DNA of 64,000 nt from Trichoplax sp. H2. Lineage: Eukaryota. Below, one piece after another: positions 13,429 through 25,435 of the stretch. The DNA is taken from the NCBI GenBank assembly GCA_003344405.1, contig NOWV01000013.1, forward strand, positions 1-64,000. Reading direction: 5' to 3'. The position numbers and the translations under genes are program-made. The notes beneath the pieces are model-generated. The model ran no database searches and was not told the DNA's origin. It saw only the letters and a program-made list of their open reading frames with translations. The number at the start of each line of letters is the position of its first letter. Within the stretch, counting starts at the first letter, position 1.

Positions 13429-15829
13429 ATGAAGACACTCTCAAGAGTTTGTGTGTTTTTTATGCTGATAATATCAACGCCATGCATACTAGCACTGAAA
13501 GTTGGTGTGCTACCGCTGGTAGCTGGTAGCCACACATTATCCATGGATGCCATTACACGACAAATACTTCAACGAGGCCATCAGGTTACATAAACATACG
13601 TAAAATGAAAAAATCAACAAATGGACAGGCCATCGTTAAAAGATGTAGTTAACATAAATTTCTAATACATAGTTTATCGCCACTTTAGATATTTTACTAA
13701 ATTTATGCCAGCAGCTATAAATGTAATTATGAAAAGTAATAAAGTACACAATTAAGCTGTACATTGGCTGATTTTGCTATCGATGATGAAATCGATCGAA
13801 TTCGAAGTTAGCTATGAAGGATAATAAATTGCAGAAGGCTAAAAATAAGTGAATACGGCGGACTGTATTATAATACCACAACATTACGTATCTCTGGATT
13901 TCATATACTAATGCGTCTAAATCTACCGCATAAAATGGAATATTATAACTGCCTGAGCCAAAATTCGATTTCATAAATATCTTCTTAATATCATCTTATG
14001 CTGTCTTTGCTTAATACTCTTACACTAATCGCTCATCCTATTTTAATCAACAGGCAATTACCATTATATCAAATGAAGATCGCTACTTAAAGAGACTCAT
14101 GCCTTCTCCTCTAGCCTTGTATGAAGTTGACGAACCTTTATCTGAAATGGATTCACAGAAAATGTTGACCTCTAAAATTCGATTACAAATTCTGCTAAAC
14201 TTTTATGAGATACAGAACCGATATTGCGATGCTACGCTATCCAATAAAACGTTACTACAATCTATTCAAGATGTCGATATTATAATAACAGACAATTTAT
14301 ACGTTTGTAGCATACTCTTACCTGAGCTATTAAATAAGCCAAGTATCATTATGTCATTTTCTGCTGGCATAGCCGGCATGCATACCTTTCTAGGAGAATA
14401 TGAACCGACTACATATATACCGATTCATGGTTCTATGATATCATCACAGAAGATGACCTTTAAACAACGTGCTATTAACGTAATCCAAGGTAAAATTATG
14501 TATGCTGCTATGAATTACATCTCTGAAAGCGCTATTAATAAATTAAGATTAAAGCATAATATCAGTATGCATTTAACGCTGGATCAACTACGTAGAAAAT
14601 TTTCACTGCACTTGTCTTCAATCGATTTCTCAATCGAATATACCCGACCGTTGCCTCCTTATATACACGTTGTCGGACCAGTTACTCCAAGACCTCCATC
14701 TTCATTGCCTCCAATATTTGAAAATATTGTACAAAATTCAAAGAACCAAAGTATTATTGTCTTGTCGTTTGGAAGTGAACTTCAACTTTCTAACGAAAAA
14801 CTACCGGAAATGGTAACAGCATTACGGCAATTACCTTATACAATAATATGGAAAACGAAGCAAAACATCCAAAATATACCATCTAATGTTAAAATAATGG
14901 AATGGATACCACAGAATGACCTACTTGGATGTAATAAAACCATTGCACTCATAACACATTGTGGATGCAATAGTTTATACGAAGCAGCATATCATGGAGT
15001 ACCAATGATAGGTATGCCAGCGATGATCGAACAAATGGGAAATGCCGCAAGAATGGTTCATGCAGGCATCGGAATACATGTCGATTTTCATTCTTTTGAA
15101 GCTGCGGATATGATCAATGCCGTTACAGAATTAGTAGGAAACTCAAGGTATGAGTTAGTAGTCATATGTCTTCATATAATAGTATAATTATAGACTAGGC
15201 CTACAATTTATAATATCAGTTACAGACTGACAAGAAATTACTAAGATGAAGAACACATACAGTACATACACTCTTCTACTACGGAAAAGATTTGCATCAT
15301 TAATTTTAAACCAAATCATTAATGACACTGTGGTCTGATTTCAATCCAAAGTAGCTCAATAGTAATTTTATTTACTGTTACTGATATTGTACTATGCTTA
15401 TACTACTGTACAGTACACGAAACTTGTTTTGCTTGAAGTTTTTACTTAAAGCAGTAATTATAGTTTCAACTAATTTGATATATTCAGTTATGCTGGCACG
15501 TTTACATGTAATAAATAGTATATTACAGCATAGTAGTGCCCTTAGTGCTTTATTAAATGGTACTAGCGAGCTTTAAAAATCGAATCTATTTAACTAGGTA
15601 CAAAGAGAATGTAGCCAAAGTTGCTAAAATTATTAAAAGTAACGGAAGATCGCCAGCGGACGCTATCGTCGATTGGATCGAGTATGTCATACAAACCGAT
15701 GGAGCTCATCATTTAAAAGTAGAAGGAGAGAGTTTATACTTTTATCAATTTTACAATCTAGATATTTTACTTGTCATTATTATATTTATCATTATTCTAT
15801 ATCGTACGATAAAGTTTTATAAGAATTAG
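13429..15829 (+). CDS. UDP-glycosyltransferase, ~493 aa, shortened C-terminal tail
   Basis: Exons 13429-13584 (MKTLSRVCVFF...AGSHTL...RGHQ), 14054-15147 and 15598-15829 join in frame. It has the signature WIPQNDLLG...ITHCGCNSLYEAAYHGVP and a TM helix, and ends KFYKN*. Confidence 0.9.
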
Positions 15830-16359
15830 TGCTATAGTTCACAATCTAAAATAACGTAGACTATAAATAGCGTTCTTGTATAAACCAAGGATTATTACTA
15901 TCTTCTTCCACAGGACGAATTACGCTAGTAATAGTAATAGTGCTATAATTTTGTACCTACTTGTATATTCTATTGCGTAGGAGAAAAGTTTGAGAGAAAT
16001 TTATTCAATACGAGCGATTTTAAGTACAATATCATGCATTACTGTGAACACTTTGCTTACTGTTAGTATCTTCTGTGCATTATTGTGTAATGCGATGGCC
16101 ATAGCAAACATAATTGCTAACTTTGAAGCGAGATTTGATATTTCAGTTCCGATTATCCAGTATTATATATTCTAACGGATAAATACAACGGTTATAGGAT
16201 GCTCTATCACTGTTGTCTTGGTGAAGGTCTAACATTCTTACCACGAATAGATTGAGAATTAATATGTCACGCAAATATTGACTATAATTAAATTATGCTA
16301 TAGCAATGAAAAAATTGCAAAATTCTACAACTGCAATAAAAATGTACAAGTCGACAAAA

Positions 16360-17330
16360 AAATGGAATTAGTATCAGTAGCTGTATAATTCATGTGTCTC
16401 TCATATTGGTTGATAATAGCATATGCATGCTAGCGTTAAAAATTAGTTTGCTACCATTGACTGCCGGTAGTCATACGTTATGCAAAGATGTCTATGCATC
16501 ACAAATATTTCAACGAGGCCAACAATTTACATATTCTAGATAAGGAAAGGAAATGAATAAACTGACTAATGCAGCATTAAAATGTAATTTATACGTATAT
16601 AACTAGACGATTTACTAACGCTTTAGATATTACATACTCTTTTACTAAGTTTATGGCATATTAAACACAAATGTGATTGGCAAATATAATACGATATACA
16701 GACATATGCACGGTCATTGCAAGGCTGATCATTAATGAAATGTTTTATTGAAGTCAATGTTGGTTATGATGCATAGTAAATTTCAAAAGTTAGAAAATAA
16801 GTGCATTAATATTCTATTCTGTATTTTATTAATATGTCTAGATATACTATTAAATATGTTAATTTTGTATGCATGAATTAATTAAGATGTTCACTTACAG
16901 TATATTACACTGTCTTTATCAATAATGTCGGCTACGTATCATATCATAATCAGTGATCCCTACCTTACAGATTTAAGCCATCTGCTCTGATCTTGTTTGA
17001 AGTGGATAAACGTTTGATTATAGATTATTACAATGTAATCAAGATGTCAATATTGTAGTAGAATAAGGAAGAGTTTGCAAGTTTCTATGTATAGTATTAT
17101 GGCCTGAGTTATTCAACCAATGTATACTAAATATTAAATATCACTTTTTGTCAGTGTAATCGGTCTACACACATTTAGGACTATATGAACCGGCTAAATG
17201 TATGTTAATTGATGGTTCTATGATTTTATTGCAAAATAAGCTTACCTAACGAGGTATTACTTTAAATCGTTGTAAATCATAAAACTGCTGGATATTACGA
17301 TACCACTAACAATAGTATTAATTCAGATTG
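16360..17330 (+). pseudogene. Decayed UGT copy (exon 1, intron 1 and part of exon 2)
   Basis: 16430-16525 reads LALKISLLPLTAGSHTLCKDVYASQIFQRGQQ, homologous to exon 1 of the 13429 gene, with the splice donor lost. 16950-17330 shows broken similarity to exon 2 (tttaagccatct...tttgaagtggataaa, caagatgtcaatatt, tatgaaccggct). Confidence 0.78.
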
Positions 17331-17875
17331 AAAGCTAGTATCAGGATATATTGAATTTTGAACAAGTATTACGAATTTACGGTAAGTGTTCTATAACAAT
17401 GGGTTTTACATAGATGGAGCTATTCTATCCAGATATTTATTCAAACTGAAATGGATCAGCGGCTTGTACTGTAGAATAATTGAATAATTACATAATAAAT
17501 GTAGTAGACAAATTTTTCAAGTCAAGATATGGGTAAGAATTGAATAAGGCTGCTCATCAACAGGATTCAAATGCACAATATAGTAAATAGCTATCGTGGA
17601 AATGATTATAATACAGGAGGATAATTATATATCAATATCGCATGTTTGTATAATTGCTTGACTATACAGTAGGTCAAGAAACGAATTAAAAACCTACAGA
17701 ATATAACCTATAGATATTATACTGACGACGAAATCGTCAACTTTTATGGTGGTACTAATATCAGCATTGAAGGGCCCAGCTATAGCGAGGCATTTCTTCC
17801 TCGAAAAGTGTCCAACTATAGCACCCATCGAGGTAAGAAGAAGAAGTTCTTCTGGCCTCCATGGTAGAGTAGACA

Positions 17876-18179
17876 GTAGTGTTACCGTCCAAGTACGAAA
17901 TCCAGTCAATTCGCGAAATGCCTAGTCAATTTGCGAAATGCCCAGTCAATTTGCGAAATGCCCAAATATATTTCTTTGCTGATTATGTCAATTCGCTTGC
18001 GAAATTTGTGGCTATTGAAGAAATTTACGACATTCTGGTAGTGTTACCGTCCAAGTACGAAATCCAGTCAATTCGCGAAATGCCTAGTCAATTTGCGAAA
18101 TGCCCAAATATATTTCTTTGCTGATTATGTCAATTCGCTTGCGAAATTTGTGGCTATTGAAGAAATTTACGACATTCTG
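17876..18179. repeat. Head-to-tail duplication (162 + 142 bp) with internal ~20-bp subrepeats
   Basis: 17876-18037 and 18038-18179 are identical except that copy 2 lacks one AGTCAATTYGCGAAATGCC unit (3 vs 2 units). Confidence 0.92.
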
Positions 18180-18831
18180 AGCAGTATTTAGCTCATAACA
18201 ATAGCACATAGCAATTACTACGATGACTAGAAAAAGGTACTAGAACAGGACTACTGATGACAGTCATTGCTATCAGATTGTATCGAACAGCAGAAATTAG
18301 ACCGAAGACACGACTCTTGCCAATCGCATAGCCAATTGTCATATTGGCAACACTGGAGTACAAACAGTATGAAAGGCTTGTCGCCCCCCTTGGATGTATT
18401 GTCGATATGTGTTGGAAACATACCGACGATCTCATACAAATTAACTAGCTAGCTGGTGCAATAGCAAGGCATAAGTCTCATTTTGGACGTTGTAGTTTGT
18501 AGCGAAATAATTTTCGGACTCCCTTGGTCTCTACTATCGATCGTAAGGTATATAGTACAGTATTACTTTATCACTCATGTATGGGTAAAGGCAGTGCTTA
18601 TAGACTGTCAAATTCATCATCGCCAATAAATTGATGATCCTGTAGTAAATAAATAAAGTAAAATCTCATCCAATTCGTTTCTGGTAGGACTGCACTTGTA
18701 CTTTGGACGTATTTTACTTCAATTCAATCTATTCTTTTACGATCAAGAGCTCAAACCAATGCTTTACGATAGTTAAAGTTGTCTATTTGGATGCTCCAAA
18801 CATCACTCTACTCCACCTTGTATCGATTCAG

Positions 18832-19470
18832 TTCTAGAAACGCTTCTCGTCTAGGTAACGATTGGATAGCAACGCCATCAATTCTCCTCTTCGATCTACT
18901 CTAATCAGTGCTCGCTATCATTGATTTCGATTCAACAGTTAAGCAGAACTACCATTATTCCATAAGCTAGTGCCAACTCCTCTTCCATGTACTGTAATCA
19001 GTGCTCGCTAGTCACTATATATTGTTCTAGAAACGCTTCTTGTCTAGGTAACGATTGGATAGCAACGACATCAATTCTCCTCTTCGATCTACTGTAATCA
19101 GTGCTCGCTATCATTGATTTCGATTCAACAGTTAAGCAGAACTACCATCATTCAATAAGCCTAGCGCCAGCTCCTTTAACGTGTACTACAGTTGTAATCA
19201 GTGCTCACTATCATTGATTTCGATTTAACAGTTAAGCAGAACTACCATTATTCAATAAGCTAGCGCCAGCTCCTCTACATGTACTACAGTTGTAATCAGT
19301 GCTCGCTAGTTACTACCATTGATTTCGATTCAACAGTTAAGCAGAACTACCATCATTTAATAAGCCTAGCGCAAGCTCCTCTTACATATACTGTAATCAG
19401 TACTCGCTATCATTGATTTCGATTCAACAGTTAAGCAGAACTACCATCATTCAATAAGCTAACGCAAGCT
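18832..19470. repeat. Composite minisatellite: five ~90-100 bp units plus two ~70 bp units
   Basis: The core TAATCAGTGCTCGCTATCATTGATTTCGATTCAACAGTTAAGCAGAACTACCATCATTCAATAAGC recurs at ~18902, 19096, 19196, 19293 and 19394. The unit TTCTAGAAACGCTTCT...CTTCGATCTACT occurs at ~18832 and ~19025. Confidence 0.92.
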
Positions 19471-19503
19471 TTTCTTATTTTTACTTTGTTCTTAACCTTC
19501 AAG

Positions 19504-21004
19504 ATGGACAGTAGACTTTCATTTTTATGTTGCTGCCGAAGGGGAAATGATGATGATGATGCCAATGTACCAGACTTGGTTAGTCGATAATAATTAATTA
19601 TTAATTTAATCGATACGAGGATAATTTTGTAATGAATATTATAACTATTACAATATCTTTGTTAAATGAATCGATAGAAATGCTAGCTAGCAGTTACTTT
19701 TAACGTAGTTTTTTGTATTGTAATTCGCCTATTCTACACGTAGTCAAATGGAAAATCGTCATCCAATACGTTTACACTTGATCACAGCTGACAAGCTACG
19801 CGTAGGTATTGGATGCTGTAGTAAAATAAACCAAAATAGCCAAGTAGTAAATCACTCCAGCTGTCCTACGAGACAACTGCCTTGATTATTGTTTACCGAA
19901 TCGCTCTGATCAATCATACCGCACTTTAGAAGAATTATGCTTATTAACATTATACTGTATTTTTTATAGCATGTGTAACATTCATTGACAAGAATAGTTA
20001 CTAACGTCAGTATAGAAGGATTTCTATTAGTACAGAGACCTTAGCTTAATTGTGTTAATGTCAGCAACCTGATCTAATAAGGTAATCACTAATGTGTAAT
20101 ATGCGATGTGTAGTGTGAATCACTAATGCATAAGATCGTTGTATATAAGCCAAGATTTTACTGATTATAGTGTAGTTCCTCAATCTCTGGTCTTGACACT
20201 GATCTCTCAACAAACGTAATAAAATAGCCTATTATTATCTAGCAACGTTTAGATTACTGTAAATTTTATTACAGCATGTCAAAGTACAAAGCAGAATTAC
20301 ACCTTGAGTATCGACTACTTCTTCTACTATAATTCATCCTTATTAAATGAGAGTCAAAATGTAGTATGACAATGCCAGTACTGACACCTTTTGATTCAAC
20401 ATGATTTCTTCTACATAGTCAAGTCGCAATCTAATCATACTCGACGTAATAGAATTTCTTGTTGCCCAGATGGGTCTCTACCTTGTAAATCACACTCAGT
20501 GTGAGCTTTTACGTCTGAAATGCTTAAAAAATAAAGTAATGCAACCTAATTTAGAAACAATTTCTTATACTGCAGGAAGAGCGTAGAAGGCTGCAGTTAG
20601 CAGCTGCGGAGGATAGAGAAAAATCGGTATGCTTGATTAAATTGTATCTACTAGTTGAGAAATAGCATTACTAGTCTATACGCGTAGTTGATCAGATTAA
20701 TTAAAAATGCTATAATTATCTCTTTATATTGACAATGAATAACGCAGAATGCAGGCCGAGGGCTGGCAGATCCTGAAGGAGTAAAGCGTAGAATGCAGCA
20801 GAGGGAGAAAGCGCAAGCAGCCATTGCTAACCAGCCAGTGTCAGATACCGGCCTTAAGGTATAGTGAATACCAGTAGATGATGAAAGAATCTTTTCTTGT
20901 GCGATTACTGTATCATTATTGATGTACAAATTGCAGGGCTAAATGGCATGAAAACATATAATGATATAATATAAATCTATCTATAGTGGCAGGTTGGAAA
21001 TTAA
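19504..21004 (+). CDS. SVIP: Small VCP/p97-interacting protein, 84 aa, four short exons
   Basis: Exons 19504-19578, 20576-20626, 20748-20858 and 20987-21004 (all phase 0, GT-AG) give MDSRLSFLCCCRRGNDDDDANVPDL-EERRRLQLAAAEDREKS-NAGRGLADPEGVKRRMQQREKAQAAIANQPVSDTGLK-WQVGN. This matches the SVIP pattern: PDLEE, VIM Rx5AAx2R, RG, GLxWxV. Confidence 0.88.
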
Positions 21005-24000
21005 CTACAAAACGATAGCAATGAAACAAATCACAGATGTTGAAGACTATTCTTTGGAAGCTAATTAATACTATATATATATTAAATACCGGTATGTCTT
21101 CTAGACATATTGAGAATAAATCAAGTTCACGGTAGCAGTTTAGCATACGTGAAAATGATGAACTAAAAAATGCTAATCATTTGCCTCATAATGCTTCCAT
21201 AATAAGTAAATACTTCTTTACTCCTTTATAGCATAATAGTATATTAATATATTCTTGCCAAACATAACTCTAGCTATTACTAAAATTGTGTTGTCAAAAT
21301 CATATACTCGTATTTACTAGCAGCGATTGCATATGCATAGACTAACTTCTATTTAATTTAACTTAATGTTAAATATCATTCATTTTTCTACTGCGATTTA
21401 TCCACAGTTGGCAATTTGAGAGACTTGGATTGTAAAATTTTCTTACTTCATCAATATTTATCGCAAACAAATCGGTAATACATTGTGCAGTATGCTGTAG
21501 TTTCAAAACCATAGATATCTCTAGAATTACTAGCACAGCTCTTTTACCTTCCATAGTATCTGCTTTGTCTTTTTTCATGCGTTTACTCAGTACTGTCTTC
21601 AATCAGATATTATTAAGCATTATTGTCTTGCCAAAAAATATATGATGTCGTTGCTGTGGTATTTGTAGTGTAGCTTGTATTAACGAATGTCAGGATCGCT
21701 ATATGCAGTTTATAAAATAAAATAAGGCTTAAATCTCAAAGTTTATATTTAATTGTTTACCATAAATTGGGAGATAGGCAGATATTCAGGATAAGCACAG
21801 TAGTCGGTAACGTTGATACATAAGTAACACCCTAAAATTTAGCGGTTTGGTTACTTTGGACGATGTGAAGGTAAAACTGATTGAAAGGTTATACACAAGA
21901 ATAATTTATAAATCATTTTAGTATTGGATACAGTGTTTCTTAGTCGACCTAGATTGCTATTTAGCGAACAACTTTATAGAACTTCAAATTAAATTAATTT
22001 GCTCAGTTTTCTCATCTATATCTATCGTCGTCTACGAAAGCATTTTTATTTATATTGAAATTTCAAATTCTATTTGAAAAGCAATATCAGGTTATAGCAA
22101 TATTATTTTGGATACTTAAAATCATATCGTTGATATTATCTTAATCATATATCGCGATTCTTAAATAATAAAATGAACTAGCAAAAGAGGAAAATGAACA
22201 TCAAAAACGACAAAGTAAACGTATTATCCAATTAATTAAGCAATAAAATTTATCTTGCTACTTTATTATTTGCAATTAGTAAGCTCCTGAATTAATTAAG
22301 ACATGAAAGGTTTTAATATTAGCAATTAACCGCTGATACATCTTATCCATTCCATGTGATATGATGGTAAGCTATCTATATCTATTAAACGATGAAATTA
22401 CGAGCTTGACTGTAGTGCTGGGGTTTTACAACCCCTTAGGTTCGCAATCGTCTTACTCAAAACCTGAATTATTAAAATTGAGCAAATCTCTAAGTGACAC
22501 AAGATCAATTAGCTGAAACTACTACATTGACATTTCAAGAATTGCCGTAGTAGAAATGGTATTCCGTGTAATTCAAGATTTAATCGATGAATAAGCCCTT
22601 TGCGAAACTCTATACGACCTATTTGTAACTATAGAATATATACAGATATAGAGATGACAATAATCTAAACAGTATTAATATCCATTTAAATATTTATTTA
22701 TTTATGAAAAATATGCAGTCATTTTTATCACATTTATTATTGAATAATAATTATATTACCGTCAGGATATATAGCCAAATAGCTGGAAATATCTAGGTAA
22801 GCAGAATCAGTTACTTTACAAGTCGTTGTTGATTTTCAATCCGTTGGTAAAAGCTATTAAACCAAAGCATTGCTCATTAGCTGCTGCCTGGCAACTTTAA
22901 ATCATAAACATTTAATATTTAAATCTTTCCATTCAGGTATGGGTAGAGAAGATAATTAAGTTTCTCTAATGAATATCTATGCCTCCTCATAACATACTGC
23001 AAACTAAATAGCAGGTGTAGTACCACAGTTAGGTCTTCAGGGAATTTAACAAGCAAGTAAGCAAAGTTTCTACTTCCTTTGGCTTACACGGTTGCGATAT
23101 TTCTTTAACTATATCGTATAAAGTACGGTCAACGTATTCGTAGACATTTTCCAACGAAGAAAATGATAAGATGATACCTGTAAGCGTATTGTGCATTGTC
23201 TAGCAAATGATTCAGATAATCTATCCATTTCTGCTACAATTTGAGAGCAATTATCACTTTCTGGTAAATTATTTTGATCTACAGTGGTATCTGATGTCTT
23301 TAATGTAAGGAAACAAAAACACTTTGGGCTATAGAAATATACGATGTTATCAATATAGATTATCTCCTTACTCGAATTATCCTGTAATTATTCTGTGGTA
23401 TCGATGTTAGCTGCTAATGCCATGCATCATACTGCTATTGTTTTTCTATGTTTGTATAAGTTTCTTACCCTATTTTCTATCTGTTGAGCGCTATAAAATG
23501 CGTATTATCATTTATAGTATTTTGGCTTAAAGTTTCAGTCTTCATTTTGCTAAATAGTCTGTAATACTAGATAGCGTGTATTTTCTATTTTAAACATAAT
23601 TAACGTAGATGAGGGTATACGTTTTATGATAGACTCGGCGTAGATTGGCGATATTAGGTTGTCAATGGTTAACTGTTATTAGTAATCATAGTATTCGTAT
23701 TGCTATGGACTTTTGAAACACCTAGGCGATCTAGATATCAGAAAGTTTAAATTTATATATTTTACGTGAATTTTACTAGGAAGGTCCTTTCAACAAAGAC
23801 TATAAATCTTTCTTCTCTAATAAGTCATTCTGCTATAGATCTAGAGGAAAATTTAAGTAGTAATTATAATTATAAATTAATAATTCACATCAGCTGCTAT
23901 GTTGATGCATTTATAGTAGTATAATCAATAGTGCAGTACTGAATGTCCTCTATACCTAAGAATGCTTCACAGTGTAGAATGTAAGGCTTACTATGTAATA

Positions 24001-25435
24001 TTGATAGACAATCATACAACAAATCTATAAGCAATTCATCCAACTACTTCAGTCTTTGATGGAGAAAAAACTGAGATAGCATAATAAACTCATAAATAAT
24101 TATCGCAATAATTGACATCATTTTCAATTCTTTTCTGTCAAGATCTATTGAATCTATGGAAACTCTATCCCACCGAGTGTATGTGTATAACGTAAATTTA
24201 ACGGCGAACTGTGTCCATTATCATACCATACTATACAGAGAAGTAAATAAGCTGACACAAGAAGACTTTAATTAAGCGATTTATTCGATTGCCTCAAAAA
24301 TACAACCGTCCGCTTAAGTTTGCCGTAAGGACAATTACACAACAACCATAAACTTTAAGCGCTTGATTCTGCTATCAATTCACCTTAAATTTCATGAGAA
24401 AACGAATTTGAATTAACAACTAAATTGTATCTAGCCCTGCGTACCGCTACTATTGTCATTCTGAGTAGAAAAAGAAAACATCTGGTAACATTGTTACAGT
24501 GCAGCCTCCGAAAATAGCTTGTGATGAAGTTAAAATTGGTATGAGAATAGTTGATGGAATACGCCAGATATAAGATTGTGCAACTATCTATGGATTGCAT
24601 TGTACTGTAGGTAAACCAATTTATGTCAAAAAACGAAATTTTGTAAGACTTAAAAGTTCCTGTTATTTAAATATCTCCATCAATGGCATCTGATCCAATT
24701 GTATTTGGACAGACATCATAAAAATAAGAGTAACGCCTTTGACCACCCTTTGCCTAAAATAATATTGGCCATATGAGACCCTTTGTGCTTCCTTAATTCC
24801 TTATGGCTATATATTACATACAGCCTAAAAGCTTACAACAGGCCAAGATCTCCTTTCTATCGACCTTTGTACAGATTCAAGTATATATTAAGGGCGATAT
24901 TCGTGGTTAAATCTTGATAGCTATTGTACGCGTATTTGGAAAGACAACAAAATTTACTGAATAAATGTTATAATTTATTCTTAAAATTGCATTAACTCAC
25001 AAACAGATTGGACCGAGGTATAGTAGTCATTAGGTTGTAATGATTATGTAAATAGAGATAACCTTACGTATGCATGTACAGACTAATATGTAATTGTGTA
25101 AACTCCTAGTTTAAATTATTTATTTCACACGATCACCATCGGTGTTTTTATGATACTCGCTTACTGTACTAACAATTAATTGTCCCCTAATTTTAATACA
25201 TTCACCCTGCAAGACTAATTTCGTCACTGATTTTATAGCGATATCAGGGTTGGCAACGCTCTCCTACTATTTGTCTCTTACTTCTTAAGATATACATCGT
25301 AAGCTGAGTGACTATTTTCCTTAGTAGGTGATATGCTCCAGAAGTAAGATTACAGAAAATCATCATCGTTTGCTTTTTTGTACTCTATTCATTATCTAGG
25401 TCTAGACCAAAAAGAAGTACTTGTACAAGACGGCC

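Noticed and set aside
18200-18830. Possible degenerate transposase frame on the minus strand
   Set aside because: Stop density is about what random AT-rich DNA gives, and no DDE, RT or HUH motif is recognisable.
17876-19470. CRISPR-like appearance of the two repeat arrays
   Set aside because: The linkers are homologous to each other or absent rather than unique spacers, there are no cas genes, and the context is eukaryotic.
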